This document shows, piece by piece, positions 12,401 through 22,645 of a DNA stretch of 64,000 nt. Every line of letters starts with the position of its first letter. The first letter of the stretch is position 1. Position numbers and translations under genes: made by a program. This DNA comes from an uncultured Thiomicrospira sp. GTDB lineage: Bacteria > Pseudomonadota > Gammaproteobacteria > CAKMZV01. The stretch lies in NCBI GenBank assembly GCA_965195345.1, contig OZ239628.1, positions 1,088,001 to 1,152,000 of the forward strand, in the 5' to 3' direction. The notes below the pieces were generated by a model that saw only the letters and a list, made by a program, of their open reading frames with translations, had not been told where the DNA came from and searched no databases.

Positions 12401-13069
12401 GAATTAACGGGCGATGCGCAGCATAATCTTTATAAGAGCAGTACGACATTAAATTTCAACTATGACGGGAATAAATTGCTTTATTTGTTGAGATTGGTTG
12501 ATTTGAGTGAGAATGAAGTAGAAGCTAAAGAGGTTCGTACTTCTGGAATGGTGTCATGGGTTGGATCTTTATTTTGTCCCACTTTTGATAAATTGCATGG
12601 GAAAATAGAAGGCAATGGAAAGGACGGTGCGATATATAGTGCTGATCCTGGATTCGGGAGACTACTTTCTTTACTGAATTTACGTACATTGTCTCGTCGT
12701 TTTTCCTTTGAATGGTCAGATGTTACCCAACCCGGTATGGCATTTGATGAAGCGGTTTTAAATTTGGATATTAATGAGGGTCGCATTACATTGAATGAAA
12801 TAGCCATTAAATCAACTGCGGCTAATTTAAATATTGAAGGGAGTAGTAATGCGAACAACAAGACGCATGATTTACGAGCGCTTGTAGTCCCTAAGTACAC
12901 TGATGCATTGGTTCCTTTATATCTATTGTTTGGTGGCGTTACAGCGGGAGTAGGCTTCGGTGCAATAGCTGCTAATGAGGTGTTTAATTTATCCGGTGGA
13001 AATGAAGTTTTAACCGAGGTTTATACTATTAAAGGTTCGTGGGATAAGCCTGATATTAAAAGAGAGTGA
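9464..13069 (+). CDS. yhdP: YhdP/AsmA-like phospholipid transport protein
   Basis: ~1200 aa, beta-rich, C-terminal GRLLSLL...L.RR...D...G..FD and Y.I.GSW..P motifs; ATG 9464 overlaps rlmH stop. Confidence 0.8.
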   Translation: MALNIFSKSLLTLIMLVLIPTAILATSSRILIHYVKNDPIIIRQAIYDFSGIDVRYQNAELSTQLNHWKLKIDQLKVFQENFTFTADSIFLDLSLFPSFFKTGMSSFYAENAKVIISDEEGTSKSMSGQLELLNALSHWKSIIFTKLIITDEDEALTVQLDNLSYIKKDLASLTGEIDFKWENKNIHGQGLWIEAREDENSNWLFEMNVPSIFKDSSQITNNLGIQSFWHIKDNIWHVGLIGEIGWLEGEELQRLEVNARLNNDQVVIEDLRLGAFFTKGIEIKKSGSKVTVADQNIPIKQLQTVVAIFTTSTKGVVLDGVLNEIDVVFDSEKNSMDSLKLDMSDFSLELDNADFQSIASIDLQLEYANDAGEFRIQSENVNFVASALYSQPKYGQNLSGYGKLKRAANSSFDIELTKASFETLKGNKADMSLQLSGFPDNLNIFYELKLPIVSSDEAKDWLPDNNMNPVAYSWINQNLIKGDVKNFFFELKGTPESIASLKHKDHHLKIEGVLDQTIMTPLAGWEKIEIENADLIFFKNVLKVNASKGNLAGINIGQTKVILDTNTTKNRVLIDTNLEGNALVTDQYFRNSRLPAILGIEDFITNTQLKSGKVSVELKLGVRISDTDEKPTTVNGFVQFDETSVEMYNQRFVDGEGRIEFKNGRTMFSNLKALWHDHPITANLINSPIYTDGYRIQLSGIIEPNNWTSHVAGTSNFEGFIDIPVDHDKNSTLFQFNSSLEGVTSFLPLPFNKAKKDRMDFTLNASQSTENLQVDVKIGKELSGVKLIRRNGQTQFNKGAMWIGEKSKLSLREGSFLVDLTLPIVSTNRWFKFIEQFKKHRKSNTDSSGLEFPPIDQVKIKTNILRLSESNYDDVNAFAQLSNDTWTITLDSPAAKGTIDYDVETKYAVVNLEQFHLSNSQSSGEKKCLSYKKSDWNNIQVDVKQFKFGNQDLGHLTLTASQDHAHLVVPAFKISNSNFELTGDAQHNLYKSSTTLNFNYDGNKLLYLLRLVDLSENEVEAKEVRTSGMVSWVGSLFCPTFDKLHGKIEGNGKDGAIYSADPGFGRLLSLLNLRTLSRRFSFEWSDVTQPGMAFDEAVLNLDINEGRITLNEIAIKSTAANLNIEGSSNANNKTHDLRALVVPKYTDALVPLYLLFGGVTAGVGFGAIAANEVFNLSGGNEVLTEVYTIKGSWDKPDIKRE

Positions 13070-13073
13070 TTGT

Positions 13074-13736
13074 TTGAACAGCAAAAAAGTGATTGTATTG
13101 CCGGGTTGGAATATGCCCAAGACCATTTATCAATCATTGATACGCTTGCTCGAAGAATTAGGTATTGACTCCGTTTTTTGTGAACTGCCAGCTATAGAAA
13201 ACGTTTCAAAGGCACGTGCTTGGTTGCTCGATACTATCCCCAAAAATTCATACATTATTGGACATTCTCTAGGTGGTCAATGGGCATTAGAAGCGTCTGA
13301 ACGTGCGAAGTCAGTATTTTGCGTAGCAACGAACCCAAGCTTTATTAAAACGGATAATAATCCAGGTGTTGACGAAGAGTATTTTAATTTTCTTGAAAAG
13401 CAATTTGACAAAAACACGAGTGGTGCATTGAAATTATTTAAACGTCAAGTATTAAAAAGGTCAGAAATGTTAGAGGTGCATCCTCAAGTGAAACTTAATA
13501 CCACTGCTGGGTTAAAGCATTTGCGCGTCTTAAATGGTTATAAAAATTTAATGAAACGAGCCAATAAATGTACCATGTGGTTTGCAGAAAATGATCCATT
13601 AGTGCCATTTGAAGTTGCAGCATACGTGCAGAATCAATTTAATGTGAATGTTATTACAAATTCAGGAGGGCATTTTCCAATGCTTGAACATCCTGAGAGA
13701 TTTTCGAAAGAGATTATTAAATGGTTAACTCCTTAA
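13074..13736 (+). CDS. bioH: alpha/beta hydrolase, BioH-like
   Basis: GHSLGG nucleophile, D..VP, GHFP; directly upstream of bioC. Confidence 0.7.
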   Translation: MNSKKVIVLPGWNMPKTIYQSLIRLLEELGIDSVFCELPAIENVSKARAWLLDTIPKNSYIIGHSLGGQWALEASERAKSVFCVATNPSFIKTDNNPGVDEEYFNFLEKQFDKNTSGALKLFKRQVLKRSEMLEVHPQVKLNTTAGLKHLRVLNGYKNLMKRANKCTMWFAENDPLVPFEVAAYVQNQFNVNVITNSGGHFPMLEHPERFSKEIIKWLTP

Positions 13737-14572
13737 GCATATCTCGATCATTCAGCAAGGCTGCTCAAGCTTACGAAGATTTTGCAGCCATACAAAAGCA
13801 CATGGTAGAAGAAATAGACCAGAGGCTTGATTTTTTTCTTTTAAAACCCAAGGTTTGCTTGGATCTTGGAAGTGGCACGGGTCTTCTGACTCGCAAGCTG
13901 CAAAATCGCTTTGACGAGGCATATATCTACGCTCTTGATATTGCCCAACCGATGTTAGAAACGATGTTAGAGAAAAATCAAAAGAGCAACACTTTAGCAC
14001 TATGCGCTGATGTACATAAATTGCCTTTGCAAGCAGAAAGCGTTGATTTGATCGTTTCAAGTGCAATGCTTCAATGGTCGTATGATTTGCCGTTGTTGCT
14101 TAAAGAAGTCCAGCGTGTTTTAAAACCAGAAGGATTATTTATCTTTGCAACTTTCGGTCCTTTAACGTTGTCTGAGCTTCGCTTAGCTTGGCAAACGGTG
14201 GATGCTCATCCACATGTTAATCCGTTTGTGGACATGCATGATATTGGTGATATGCTAATGCATAGCGGGCTTGTTGACCCAGTCATGGATATGCACACTA
14301 TGATATTGGAATACAAAGATTGGCGCCCTGCACTAAACGATGTGCGCGGTGTTGGTTCTAGCAATTTGTTAAAAGGAAGGCGGAAAACTTTGACAGGGAG
14401 ACAGCGGTGGCGCAAAATGATTGAAGAACTGTCTCGTCAGTCCAGCATCCCAGAAGGATACTCTATGACTTATGAAGTAGTACATGGACACTGTTTTAAA
14501 GGCACTCCTCGTCCTCCTAAACATTCGCAGCCATATATTATTGATGCGAATAGTATAACCAAATTTTCATAG
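13721..14572 (+). CDS. bioC: malonyl-ACP O-methyltransferase
   Basis: FSKAA..Y, LDLGSGTG, TFGPLTL.EL, F.DMHDIGD. Confidence 0.9.
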   Translation: MVNSLSISRSFSKAAQAYEDFAAIQKHMVEEIDQRLDFFLLKPKVCLDLGSGTGLLTRKLQNRFDEAYIYALDIAQPMLETMLEKNQKSNTLALCADVHKLPLQAESVDLIVSSAMLQWSYDLPLLLKEVQRVLKPEGLFIFATFGPLTLSELRLAWQTVDAHPHVNPFVDMHDIGDMLMHSGLVDPVMDMHTMILEYKDWRPALNDVRGVGSSNLLKGRRKTLTGRQRWRKMIEELSRQSSIPEGYSMTYEVVHGHCFKGTPRPPKHSQPYIIDANSITKFS

Positions 14573-14582
14573 AGTAATTCGA

Positions 14583-15053
14583 ATGCGTTTTAGCCAAGTA
14601 ATTGCAACTTTAAAAGTGGCCGGTTCGATTATGTCGAGAGACTACTTTTTTTGGATTGCCGTTGTTGCCGCTCCAGTATTGTGGTTGCTGATGTCTTTTT
14701 ATCTACCGAGTAATCTTAACTTTCCTAATAGGGAGACACTCTTTAGCTGGGGATTAAATATACTTTTAGTTCCTATTTTGGAAGAATATATTTTTCGAAA
14801 AGAATTACAAGGTTTTCTTATCGGTAAAAAAGGCATGAAAAAAAGTTATAGAGGCTTTTCTTGCGCAAATGTCATAGTTTCCGTAGTATTCACACTCGCA
14901 CATCTATTAGTAACGATGAACATTTATACAATAAGTGTTTTTTTCCCATCGTTGGTTTTTGGCTTTTTCCGTGATCGTTATCAAACAATTTATGCGAGCA
15001 TTATTTTGCATTCTTTCTATAATCTTGGCTATTCGATTTTTTATGTACTTTGA
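14583..15053 (+). CDS. CPBP (CAAX-type) glutamic intramembrane protease, resembles JDVT-CTERM-associated subfamily
   Basis: EEYIFR, F...H, H.FYN motifs. Confidence 0.75.
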   Translation: MRFSQVIATLKVAGSIMSRDYFFWIAVVAAPVLWLLMSFYLPSNLNFPNRETLFSWGLNILLVPILEEYIFRKELQGFLIGKKGMKKSYRGFSCANVIVSVVFTLAHLLVTMNIYTISVFFPSLVFGFFRDRYQTIYASIILHSFYNLGYSIFYVL

Positions 15054-15156
15054 ATATCTTAGATGAAAGTCATTTTGAATGAAACAAAAAGTACATCAAC
15101 ATTTCCAGCACCCTAATTATAAGATTTTCATTGCCACAAAGCGTTAAAATAGCACT

Positions 15157-15975
15157 ATGCAGAACATGTCTCATGAAAAGAAAATAATTGGTTTTATCGG
15201 TGCAGGAAACATGGCATCTGCCATGTTGCATGGACTAATCGATTCTGGGTTCAACTCTACGAACATAGTCGTGTACGATTTGCGTGAAGAACTCCTAACA
15301 GAATGGAGTGCAAGAGGAGTACAAGTTGCGAGAAGTACTCCTGAATTGAATGAGATGAGTGATGTTATCGTCGTAGCTGTTAAGCCGCAACAAGCTGAAA
15401 AAGCACTCACTCGTATTTCAACGCAACAAAACAAAGTATTACTCTCTGTCATGGCGGGGATTTCTGTAGATTCTTTGCAAAATTTGACCAATATCAAATC
15501 AATCTCCAGAGCAATGCCTAATACTCCTGCTCTTATTGGTGAAGGCGCAACTGGCATATATTTTAATGACGCTGTTGCTGACAACGATAAAACACTCATA
15601 ATGCACATACTGAGTGCTCTTGGTCCTCAGATAGTACAAGTGGAACATGAAATGTTGATTGATGCTGTTACTGCTATTTCTGGTAGCGGTCCTGCATACG
15701 TCTACGCTTTTATGGAAGCTATGCATGCCTCTGCTATAAAACTTGGGCTGTCAGATGAAGACTCATTGCGATTGATTACCCAAACATTACTTGGGGCTGT
15801 AAAATTAGTAGAGTCAAGCGCACATTCTCTTTCTGAATTACGCCAACAAGTAACTTCTCCAGGTGGAACGACTGAAGCTGCATTGCACGTATTTCAAGAA
15901 TTAAATTTAAACGCCACTGTAGAAGCTGCTCTCTTAGCTGCCAACGACAGAGCGCGTGAATTAGCAAAAAATTAA
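15157..15975 (+). CDS. proC: pyrroline-5-carboxylate reductase
   Basis: GFIGAGNM, RAMPNTP, SGSGPAY, VTSPGGTT. Confidence 0.97.
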   Translation: MQNMSHEKKIIGFIGAGNMASAMLHGLIDSGFNSTNIVVYDLREELLTEWSARGVQVARSTPELNEMSDVIVVAVKPQQAEKALTRISTQQNKVLLSVMAGISVDSLQNLTNIKSISRAMPNTPALIGEGATGIYFNDAVADNDKTLIMHILSALGPQIVQVEHEMLIDAVTAISGSGPAYVYAFMEAMHASAIKLGLSDEDSLRLITQTLLGAVKLVESSAHSLSELRQQVTSPGGTTEAALHVFQELNLNATVEAALLAANDRARELAKN

Positions 15976-15985
15976 TAGAAAATAT

Positions 15986-16543
15986 ATGATTGTACTTTTG
16001 AGTAGTATTTTACAGCTGTTATTACATCTACTCAGTGTGGTAGCGGCTCTTAGGATTATGATGCGCGCGTGTTTTGTTAGCCCTCATGCTCCTTTAGCAC
16101 CGTTCGTTATTCAACTAACGCGTCCATTCATAAAAGTATTATCGTTAATTATCCCGAGTTCTCGCCGCATTGATATACCAGCGGTTGTTCTTTTGTTAAT
16201 TTTGGTGTTTTTCCAATTTGTGCTTGTTTACGGTCTTCCAGATACTTCGAAAATCATACCTTTGATTTTATTTATGTGCTTGAAGTCCATTGAAACGATG
16301 CTCAATATATTTTTTTTCGCAATATTGGTTAAGGCTCTAATTAGTTGGATCTCTCCGCAATCTAACCTTATGAACGAGCAATTATTGGTGCCGTTAACAT
16401 ATTGGATAGAAATGCCTGTACGGCGTATTATTCCAGCTATAGGCGGGGTTGACTTATCGCCAATGATTTTGTTGTTTATTATTCAAATGACGCAGAATTT
16501 GGTGCTCAGACCTCTAATGACTCAAATATTATTTAATTTGTGA
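15986..16543 (+). CDS. yggT: YggT family membrane protein
   Basis: Two YGGT repeats, P.RRIIP.IGG.DLSP; follows proC. Confidence 0.9.
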   Translation: MIVLLSSILQLLLHLLSVVAALRIMMRACFVSPHAPLAPFVIQLTRPFIKVLSLIIPSSRRIDIPAVVLLLILVFFQFVLVYGLPDTSKIIPLILFMCLKSIETMLNIFFFAILVKALISWISPQSNLMNEQLLVPLTYWIEMPVRRIIPAIGGVDLSPMILLFIIQMTQNLVLRPLMTQILFNL

Positions 16544-16755
16544 TTACAAAAAAAGTGAATATTATTCTCAACGGAAAATCACGAAGCATTCAGGACGGCG
16601 AATCTATTTCTGATTTGATTGAAAATTTAAACTTATCGGACACACGATACGCGGTTGAAATTAATGAATTGGTCATTCCTCGATCAAAACATTCGATTTA
16701 TGCGATTAATGAGAACGACAAAATTGAAATTATAAAAGCAGTAGGAGGTGGCTGA
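16540..16755 (+). CDS. thiS: sulfur carrier protein
   Basis: AVEIN...PRS, C-terminal GGG. Confidence 0.93.
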   Translation: MITKKVNIILNGKSRSIQDGESISDLIENLNLSDTRYAVEINELVIPRSKHSIYAINENDKIEIIKAVGGG

Positions 16756-17537
16756 TGGAGAATGATAGCTTTAAAATTGGTGAGCGCGTTTTACATTCTC
16801 GCTTGTTAGTTGGTACTGGAAAATACAAGAATAATGCAGAAACTATCGCTGCTGTCGAGGCAAGCGGTGCTGAAATAATCACTGTTTCATTGCGACGCAC
16901 CAATATCGGGCAAAATAATGAAGAAGAAAGCTTAGTTGATGTACTATCTCCTGATAAGTATATGTATTTGCCTAACACAGCTGGTTGCTACACCATCAAA
17001 GATGCACTGAGGGTTTGTTATTTGGCGCGAGAATTGTTGAACGATTATCGATTAACAAAATTAGAAGTATTGGGCGATGAGAAAACACTTTATCCAGACA
17101 TACCCGCAACATTAGAAGCTGCCAAAATACTGGTAGATGATGGATTTGAGGTTATGGTGTATACAAATGATGATCCTATAACTGCAAAGAAATTAGAACA
17201 GTTAGGTTGTGTTGCAGTGATGCCTCTTGCTGCTCCTATTGGCTCAGGAATGGGTATTCGCAATCCATACAATATCCGTACTATTGTTGAACAAGCAGAA
17301 GTACCAGTTCTTGTGGATGCAGGGGTAGGTTGTGCTTCAGATGCGGCTATTGCGATGGAACTTGGCTGTGATGGCGTGTTAATGAACACCGCTATCGCAG
17401 CAGCTAAAGATCCCGTTAAAATGGCAAATGCTATGCGTCATGGAGTGCGAGCAGGTAGATTGTCATACTTGGCAGGTAGAATGCCTCGCAAACGTTTTGC
17501 TTCTGCTTCATCTCCTGAAGAGGGACTTTTCTTTTGA
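16755..17537 (+). CDS. thiG: thiazole synthase
   Basis: [27 protein letters not shown]. Confidence 0.97.
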   Translation: MENDSFKIGERVLHSRLLVGTGKYKNNAETIAAVEASGAEIITVSLRRTNIGQNNEEESLVDVLSPDKYMYLPNTAGCYTIKDALRVCYLARELLNDYRLTKLEVLGDEKTLYPDIPATLEAAKILVDDGFEVMVYTNDDPITAKKLEQLGCVAVMPLAAPIGSGMGIRNPYNIRTIVEQAEVPVLVDAGVGCASDAAIAMELGCDGVLMNTAIAAAKDPVKMANAMRHGVRAGRLSYLAGRMPRKRFASASSPEEGLFF

Positions 17538-18241
17538 GTTCTGCAGTGATTTCAGGTAGTGTTCGTAGTTATGTCCTTAGGCAAGGGCGGATGACAAATG
17601 CTCAAAAAAAAGCATTAGAACATGTGGATCAGTTTACTATTGGTCAAGGTTATGCGCTTTCGCCCGAAGAATCAACCATAGACCCCTCATCTTTATTTGG
17701 CAATCAAAATCCAACTATATTAGAAATTGGTTTTGGAATGGGGCACTTGATGGTGGAGATGGCTTTGCTTAGACCTGATTATAATTTCATTGGCGTAGAA
17801 GTGCATTTACCAGGCATTGCTAAAGCAACGCATGAATTAAAAAAACATGGTTTGAATAATGTACGCATAGTACGTCAAGACGCTTATTTGACTATGCATC
17901 GAATTCTTAGTGACTCAATATCAAAAGTATTATTATTTTTCCCTGATCCTTGGCCTAAAAAACGACAGCAAAAAAGAAGGATAGTGACATCAAAACTAAT
18001 ATCAGAAGTTTCAAGAATTCTAGTGGCAAAAGGCGTCTGGCATATAGCCACAGACTGCATAGACTATGCGGGATTTATTCAAGAAAAAATAGAAGAAAGT
18101 GAACATTTCACAACATTGAAAAAGTCTGATGAATCATTACACAGCAGACCAGTAACAAAGTACGAGGAACGTGGAATACGTTTAGAAAATCCAATTAGTG
18201 ACTTGTATTACGAAAGGTTAGAAAAACAAGAAAGCCAATGA
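17534..18241 (+). CDS. trmB: tRNA m7G46 methyltransferase
   Basis: [23 protein letters not shown]. Confidence 0.95.
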   Translation: MSSAVISGSVRSYVLRQGRMTNAQKKALEHVDQFTIGQGYALSPEESTIDPSSLFGNQNPTILEIGFGMGHLMVEMALLRPDYNFIGVEVHLPGIAKATHELKKHGLNNVRIVRQDAYLTMHRILSDSISKVLLFFPDPWPKKRQQKRRIVTSKLISEVSRILVAKGVWHIATDCIDYAGFIQEKIEESEHFTTLKKSDESLHSRPVTKYEERGIRLENPISDLYYERLEKQESQ

Positions 18242-19041
18242 AAATCATTTCATTTAATGTCAATTCGGTACGCCTAAGGCTTCATCAATTACAAGTGATT
18301 GTTGAAAATCATCAACCTCAAATAATTGGATTGCAAGAAACCAAAGTGCAAGATCATGATTATCCTTTTGATGCTATAAAGGAATTAGGATATGAATCTA
18401 TTATCCATGGCGAAAAAACCCATAGAGGCGTTGCTTTATTGACAAATTTACCGATCATTGAGTCTGCGTGTGGCTTGGATATCGGTCCGAGTGAGACACA
18501 AACACGATTGATATACTGTAAGCTTGATTGGTTAGGTCGTGAGTTACATGTGTTCAACGGATATTTCCCGCAAGGAGACAATTTGGCGCATCCTACAAAA
18601 TTTTCTGACAAACGTTCTTTCTATGCTGATTTACTTGCGCATTTACAAAAATTTCACAATAAGGATGAAGAAATAATAGTTATGGGTGATTTAAATGTTG
18701 CACCTCAAGACATTGATATTGGGATAGATCATCCAGAGTCTTGGTTGAGAAGAGGTGCATGCAGTTTTTTGCCTGAAGAGAGGGATTGGCTTAATAAATT
18801 ATATGAATGGGGGTTGAGCGATAGCTACCGATATATAAAGCCTGAAGGTAAAGATTACTCGTGGTTCGACTACCGTACACGTGCTTTTGATCGCTCACAT
18901 AAACCAGGATTGCGCATAGACCACATATTACTTACCCCAGCATTACTTGATTTAGTCAAGGACTCTGGCGTAGATTACCCTATTCGAGCGATGGAGAAGC
19001 CTTCTGACCATGTGCCAGTTTGGACTGAAATTAGCCGGTAA
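18238..19041 (+). CDS. xthA: exodeoxyribonuclease III
   Basis: SFNVNS, LQETK, GDLNVA, GLRIDH, SDHVP. Confidence 0.93.
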   Translation: MKIISFNVNSVRLRLHQLQVIVENHQPQIIGLQETKVQDHDYPFDAIKELGYESIIHGEKTHRGVALLTNLPIIESACGLDIGPSETQTRLIYCKLDWLGRELHVFNGYFPQGDNLAHPTKFSDKRSFYADLLAHLQKFHNKDEEIIVMGDLNVAPQDIDIGIDHPESWLRRGACSFLPEERDWLNKLYEWGLSDSYRYIKPEGKDYSWFDYRTRAFDRSHKPGLRIDHILLTPALLDLVKDSGVDYPIRAMEKPSDHVPVWTEISR

Positions 19042-19591
19042 AAGCCTGATCTGAATTCAACCATTCAACTTCTTCGGGTGTACTTGTGCGACCGAGCAGG
19101 GCGTTGCGATGGGGGAAACGACCAAACTTATAAATTATCTCTCTGTGGTGCTTAGCATAATGGATGTTTGATTCTCCAGCAATCTTGCTCATCGTAGCAA
19201 CGTTTAACTCTTGATCTTGAATATCTTCGCTGTGCATCAATGGCATTAGTAAGAAAAGCGCTTTATCAGCTGGTAATTGCTGGAGGAATCCCATATCAAG
19301 AGCATGTTTACAAATTGTCACCGCTTTCTTTTCAGAGCTCCAAGCTTTGGAATCGCCTCTAAACATGTTGAGAGGAAACTGATCAAGTACGATACATAGT
19401 GCGAGACAACCAAGCGCTGAATGTTTCCAATCATCGAGTGCGCCAGCGCAGGCACGTTCCCATAGTTCTTCATAATGCGACTTAATAGTACTATCTACTT
19501 CTGGTGTACTCATAAACCAGTGATTTGACATGGGCTTTGAATGCCAAAAATCAATAATTGAATGAATGTCTTTTTCTGTATTACTTTTCAT
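19031..19591 (-). CDS. DUF924 family protein
   Basis: LDQFP.NMFR, PLMHSE, FGRFPHRN..LGR.ST. Confidence 0.92.
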   Translation of the reverse strand: MKSNTEKDIHSIIDFWHSKPMSNHWFMSTPEVDSTIKSHYEELWERACAGALDDWKHSALGCLALCIVLDQFPLNMFRGDSKAWSSEKKAVTICKHALDMGFLQQLPADKALFLLMPLMHSEDIQDQELNVATMSKIAGESNIHYAKHHREIIYKFGRFPHRNALLGRTSTPEEVEWLNSDQAFTG

Positions 19592-19608
19592 GGATTTATC
19601 TTTCTAAG

Positions 19609-20310
19609 TCAATTTCTAGGACCGAATATACTTGTACCTAAACGAATCATGGTACTGCCACAGTGAACAGCAGTTTGCCAGTCAGAGCTCATTCCCATTG
19701 ATAAAGTATCTAACGTTAATGTGGGAAATGTGTTTTTTGCTTCTACTAATAATTGTTGCATTTGTTGAAAAGTGCTTTCTTGCTCTAAAGCATTGCAACC
19801 AATTGCTGGTATTGACATCAAACCTCTGATGTTTATGTTATTTAGATCTTTAATTTCTTCAATAAGTGGTAGTAGTTCGCTTTTGTGCAAACCGTATTTT
19901 TGTGCTTCTTCATGCAAATTAATTTGAATGCATATGTTTAAAGGTGAAAGGTTACTGGGTCGCTGGTCATTCAGTATTTTTGCTATCTTAACACGATCAA
20001 CGCTGTGCACCCAATGAACTTGTTTGGCGATTTCAGACGCCTTGTTGCTTTGAATGCCTCCGATAAAATGCCAACAAATATTTAGATCGTCTAACCGAGA
20101 TATTTTCTCTTGCATTTCTTTCCAATAATTTTCACCAAAATGCAATTGACCTGCTGTATACGCTGCTCGAATGCTTTCTATAGGTTGACGTTTGCTTACC
20201 GCAATTACTTGAAGTGACGTTCTTTCTCGATTGGCATTGTTAAGTGCATCGACTATTGACAGTTCAAGTATTTCTAATCGTTGACCTATGCTTCGAGGCA
20301 TGCTATTCAT
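19609..20310 (-). CDS. yggS: PLP homeostasis protein
   Basis: AVSK, FGENY, WHFIG.IQSNK, LSMGMS.D. Confidence 0.95.
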   Translation of the reverse strand: MNSMPRSIGQRLEILELSIVDALNNANRERTSLQVIAVSKRQPIESIRAAYTAGQLHFGENYWKEMQEKISRLDDLNICWHFIGGIQSNKASEIAKQVHWVHSVDRVKIAKILNDQRPSNLSPLNICIQINLHEEAQKYGLHKSELLPLIEEIKDLNNINIRGLMSIPAIGCNALEQESTFQQMQQLLVEAKNTFPTLTLDTLSMGMSSDWQTAVHCGSTMIRLGTSIFGPRN

Positions 20311-21248
20311 TCTGCTACAGTAATGACAATTTTTCCTCGAACATGTCCTTCTTCACAAATCTGGTGCGCTGGTGTAATCTCATGCAATGCATACGTTTTT
20401 TGGATTTCTACTTTCACTTTCTTTTCAGAAAGCAAAACAAGCATTTTTTCAAGAAGTACAACGTCTAACTGATAGATCATAGTATCGGCGTTTTTCCCAT
20501 GCGTTTCAGCCACTTCGATTATTTCTTTAGCGGTAATAGATGGAATGGTGACCATTTTCCCCCCGTCTTTAAGCGCACTTAGAGCGTTAATTCCCGTATT
20601 GCCACCTATTAGATCAATAATGCCATCGAAAGATTTTTCCTCAAGGGTTTCTGCGTTGTAGTCAATTGGGTGTACGCCTAAGCTTTGCAAAAATACTTTA
20701 TTCTTTGTGGATGTGGTTGCGCTAACATGTGCACCACGAAGTCTTGCAAATTGACAGCATAGATGTCCTACACCACCAGCGCCACCTAGTATAAGAATTT
20801 GATCATTTTGCTCAATTCCAATGAGATCAAGAGATTGCCACCCTGTCATTCCTGCAAGTGGTAATGCGGCAGCGTCTTTGAAATCAACATTTTCAGGAAT
20901 TGCGACAAGACGTGAGGCAGAAACAGCAATTAATTCAGCATAACTGCCCCCACTGTTGAGCATATCAGTCGTTGTGCACACCCGCGAACCAACCTTAAAA
21001 GAATCCACATCCTTCCCCACCGAAATTACTTCGCCAGCAACGTCGAAACCTAATACCCAGGGGAGTTTGTTTTTTATGCTCTCAGCCGCCCAACCAAGCC
21101 CTTTACGGGTTTTCCAATCTATGGGGTTAATGCTTGCACAGCGAACTTTTAATAAAACTTCATCAGCCGCTAATTGCGGTTGCGCCCAATCATCAACTAT
21201 TTGTAATTTTTTTGCATCACCAAATTCAGTAACAATAACAGCTTTCAT
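20307..21248 (-). CDS. NADP-dependent quinone oxidoreductase (MDR family)
   Basis: INPIDWK, GFDVAG, GGAGGVG, GHVRGKIV. Confidence 0.9.
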   Translation of the reverse strand: MKAVIVTEFGDAKKLQIVDDWAQPQLAADEVLLKVRCASINPIDWKTRKGLGWAAESIKNKLPWVLGFDVAGEVISVGKDVDSFKVGSRVCTTTDMLNSGGSYAELIAVSASRLVAIPENVDFKDAAALPLAGMTGWQSLDLIGIEQNDQILILGGAGGVGHLCCQFARLRGAHVSATTSTKNKVFLQSLGVHPIDYNAETLEEKSFDGIIDLIGGNTGINALSALKDGGKMVTIPSITAKEIIEVAETHGKNADTMIYQLDVVLLEKMLVLLSEKKVKVEIQKTYALHEITPAHQICEEGHVRGKIVITVAE

Positions 21249-21250
21249 AT

Positions 21251-21523
21251 TTATTCCATCGGTTTGAAAGCATCAGGCAATTCAATATCAGAATCGCCAA
21301 ATAAAAACTTTTCACGTTCATCAGCAAGAAAAGTGCGTGCTTTAGGATCAAGAGAGGATAGGCGGTATTCATTGATTAATATAGTTTGATAGCCTATCCA
21401 CTCCTCCCATGCCTTTTGAGAAATGTTCTCAAAAATTCGTTGACCTTCATCATTAGGAAACGGCGCTTTTTCTAAGGCTGGCAATTCACGTTCATGCTTT
21501 AAGCAAAATACTACTTTACTCAT
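21251..21523 (-). CDS. yggX: Fe(II)-trafficking/oxidative damage protection protein
   Basis: AWEEW...QTILINEYRL; follows mutY. Confidence 0.93.
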   Translation of the reverse strand: MSKVVFCLKHERELPALEKAPFPNDEGQRIFENISQKAWEEWIGYQTILINEYRLSSLDPKARTFLADEREKFLFGDSDIELPDAFKPME

Positions 21524-22576
21524 ATTTCTCCAAGTTGTTTTTTTCAGCGACCATCGATAAGCTCGTTTTCGAACTAAAATCCTGCAATACAGTGCTTATT
21601 GGAGCAGCAAGTCCAATTGCAGCAGGACTACTTAGATTGTACCAAAGCCATCCATCATTAGGATGTTCAAATTGAAGCACTTGTGCAGGCGTAATAGTGA
21701 AATCTAAATGATAATGACTGAACGTTGTTCTTCTTATGGGCCACGTATCGTATTCCATCCATTGCCAAATTTGATTAGACAATTCTTTGTACTCCGGTAA
21801 AGCCCATAAATTTGCCCAAACTCCAGTAGAAGGCCTTTTTTTCAAAAGAACATGCTCACCGTCAAACAACAACATAAAGTTTGCTTTTTTAAAAGGTTTT
21901 ACCTTGTTCTTTTTCTTTACTGGAATTTCTGTTTGCCAATTATATGAAAATGCCAAACAACCTGACTTTAAAGGGCATTCAGAGCATTGGGGCTGCTTGA
22001 TAGAGCAAATACTTGCTCCAAGATCCATCAATCCTTGATTGTATATATCAACATTACTGGTTGGCAGCATGCTTTGGGCTTGTTGCCACAACTTGTTATG
22101 TGCTTTGCTTTGCGTTAAGTCTTCTTTATTGCCTAAGTATCGTGCTAATACACGTTTTAGATTGGTATCCAGCACAACGTGACGTTGTTTTCCTGCAAGA
22201 CTTAACACAGCACCAGCAGTAGAAGGTCCAATGCCGGGCAGTTTTATCAAATCGTCGTATTTTTCAGGGAACTTTCCTTGAAAATCTTTACAAATAATAC
22301 GCGCACTTTTGTGCAGATTTATCGCGCGCGAGTAGTATCCTAAACCCGACCATAAATGCATGACCTCGTCACTATGTGCAACGCTCAAACTCTGTACATT
22401 GGGAAACCGTAGAATAAACCGCTGGTAATAAGGGATAACTTTAGAAACTTGGGTCTGTTGAAGCATAATTTCAGAAACCCATACCGCATAATAGGTTTTT
22501 TCATTCTGCCATGGTAGATTCTTCCGCCCGTGCTCTACCTGCCAAGCAATGACCTTGTCAGAAAAATGGTCTGCAT
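21516..22576 (-). CDS. mutY: A/G-specific adenine glycosylase; 5' end anomalous
   Basis: GRK.LPW, VWVSEIMLQQTQV, LPGIG HhH, C-x6-C-x2-C-x5-C; nearest suitable ATG (22576) is one base out of frame. Confidence 0.88.
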
Positions 22577-22645
22577 TCTTTTGATTGCCAGAACTAGGAT
22601 TAGAGGAATTGAGGATTTTGCCTCTAAGCTTATTGATATTACTAA

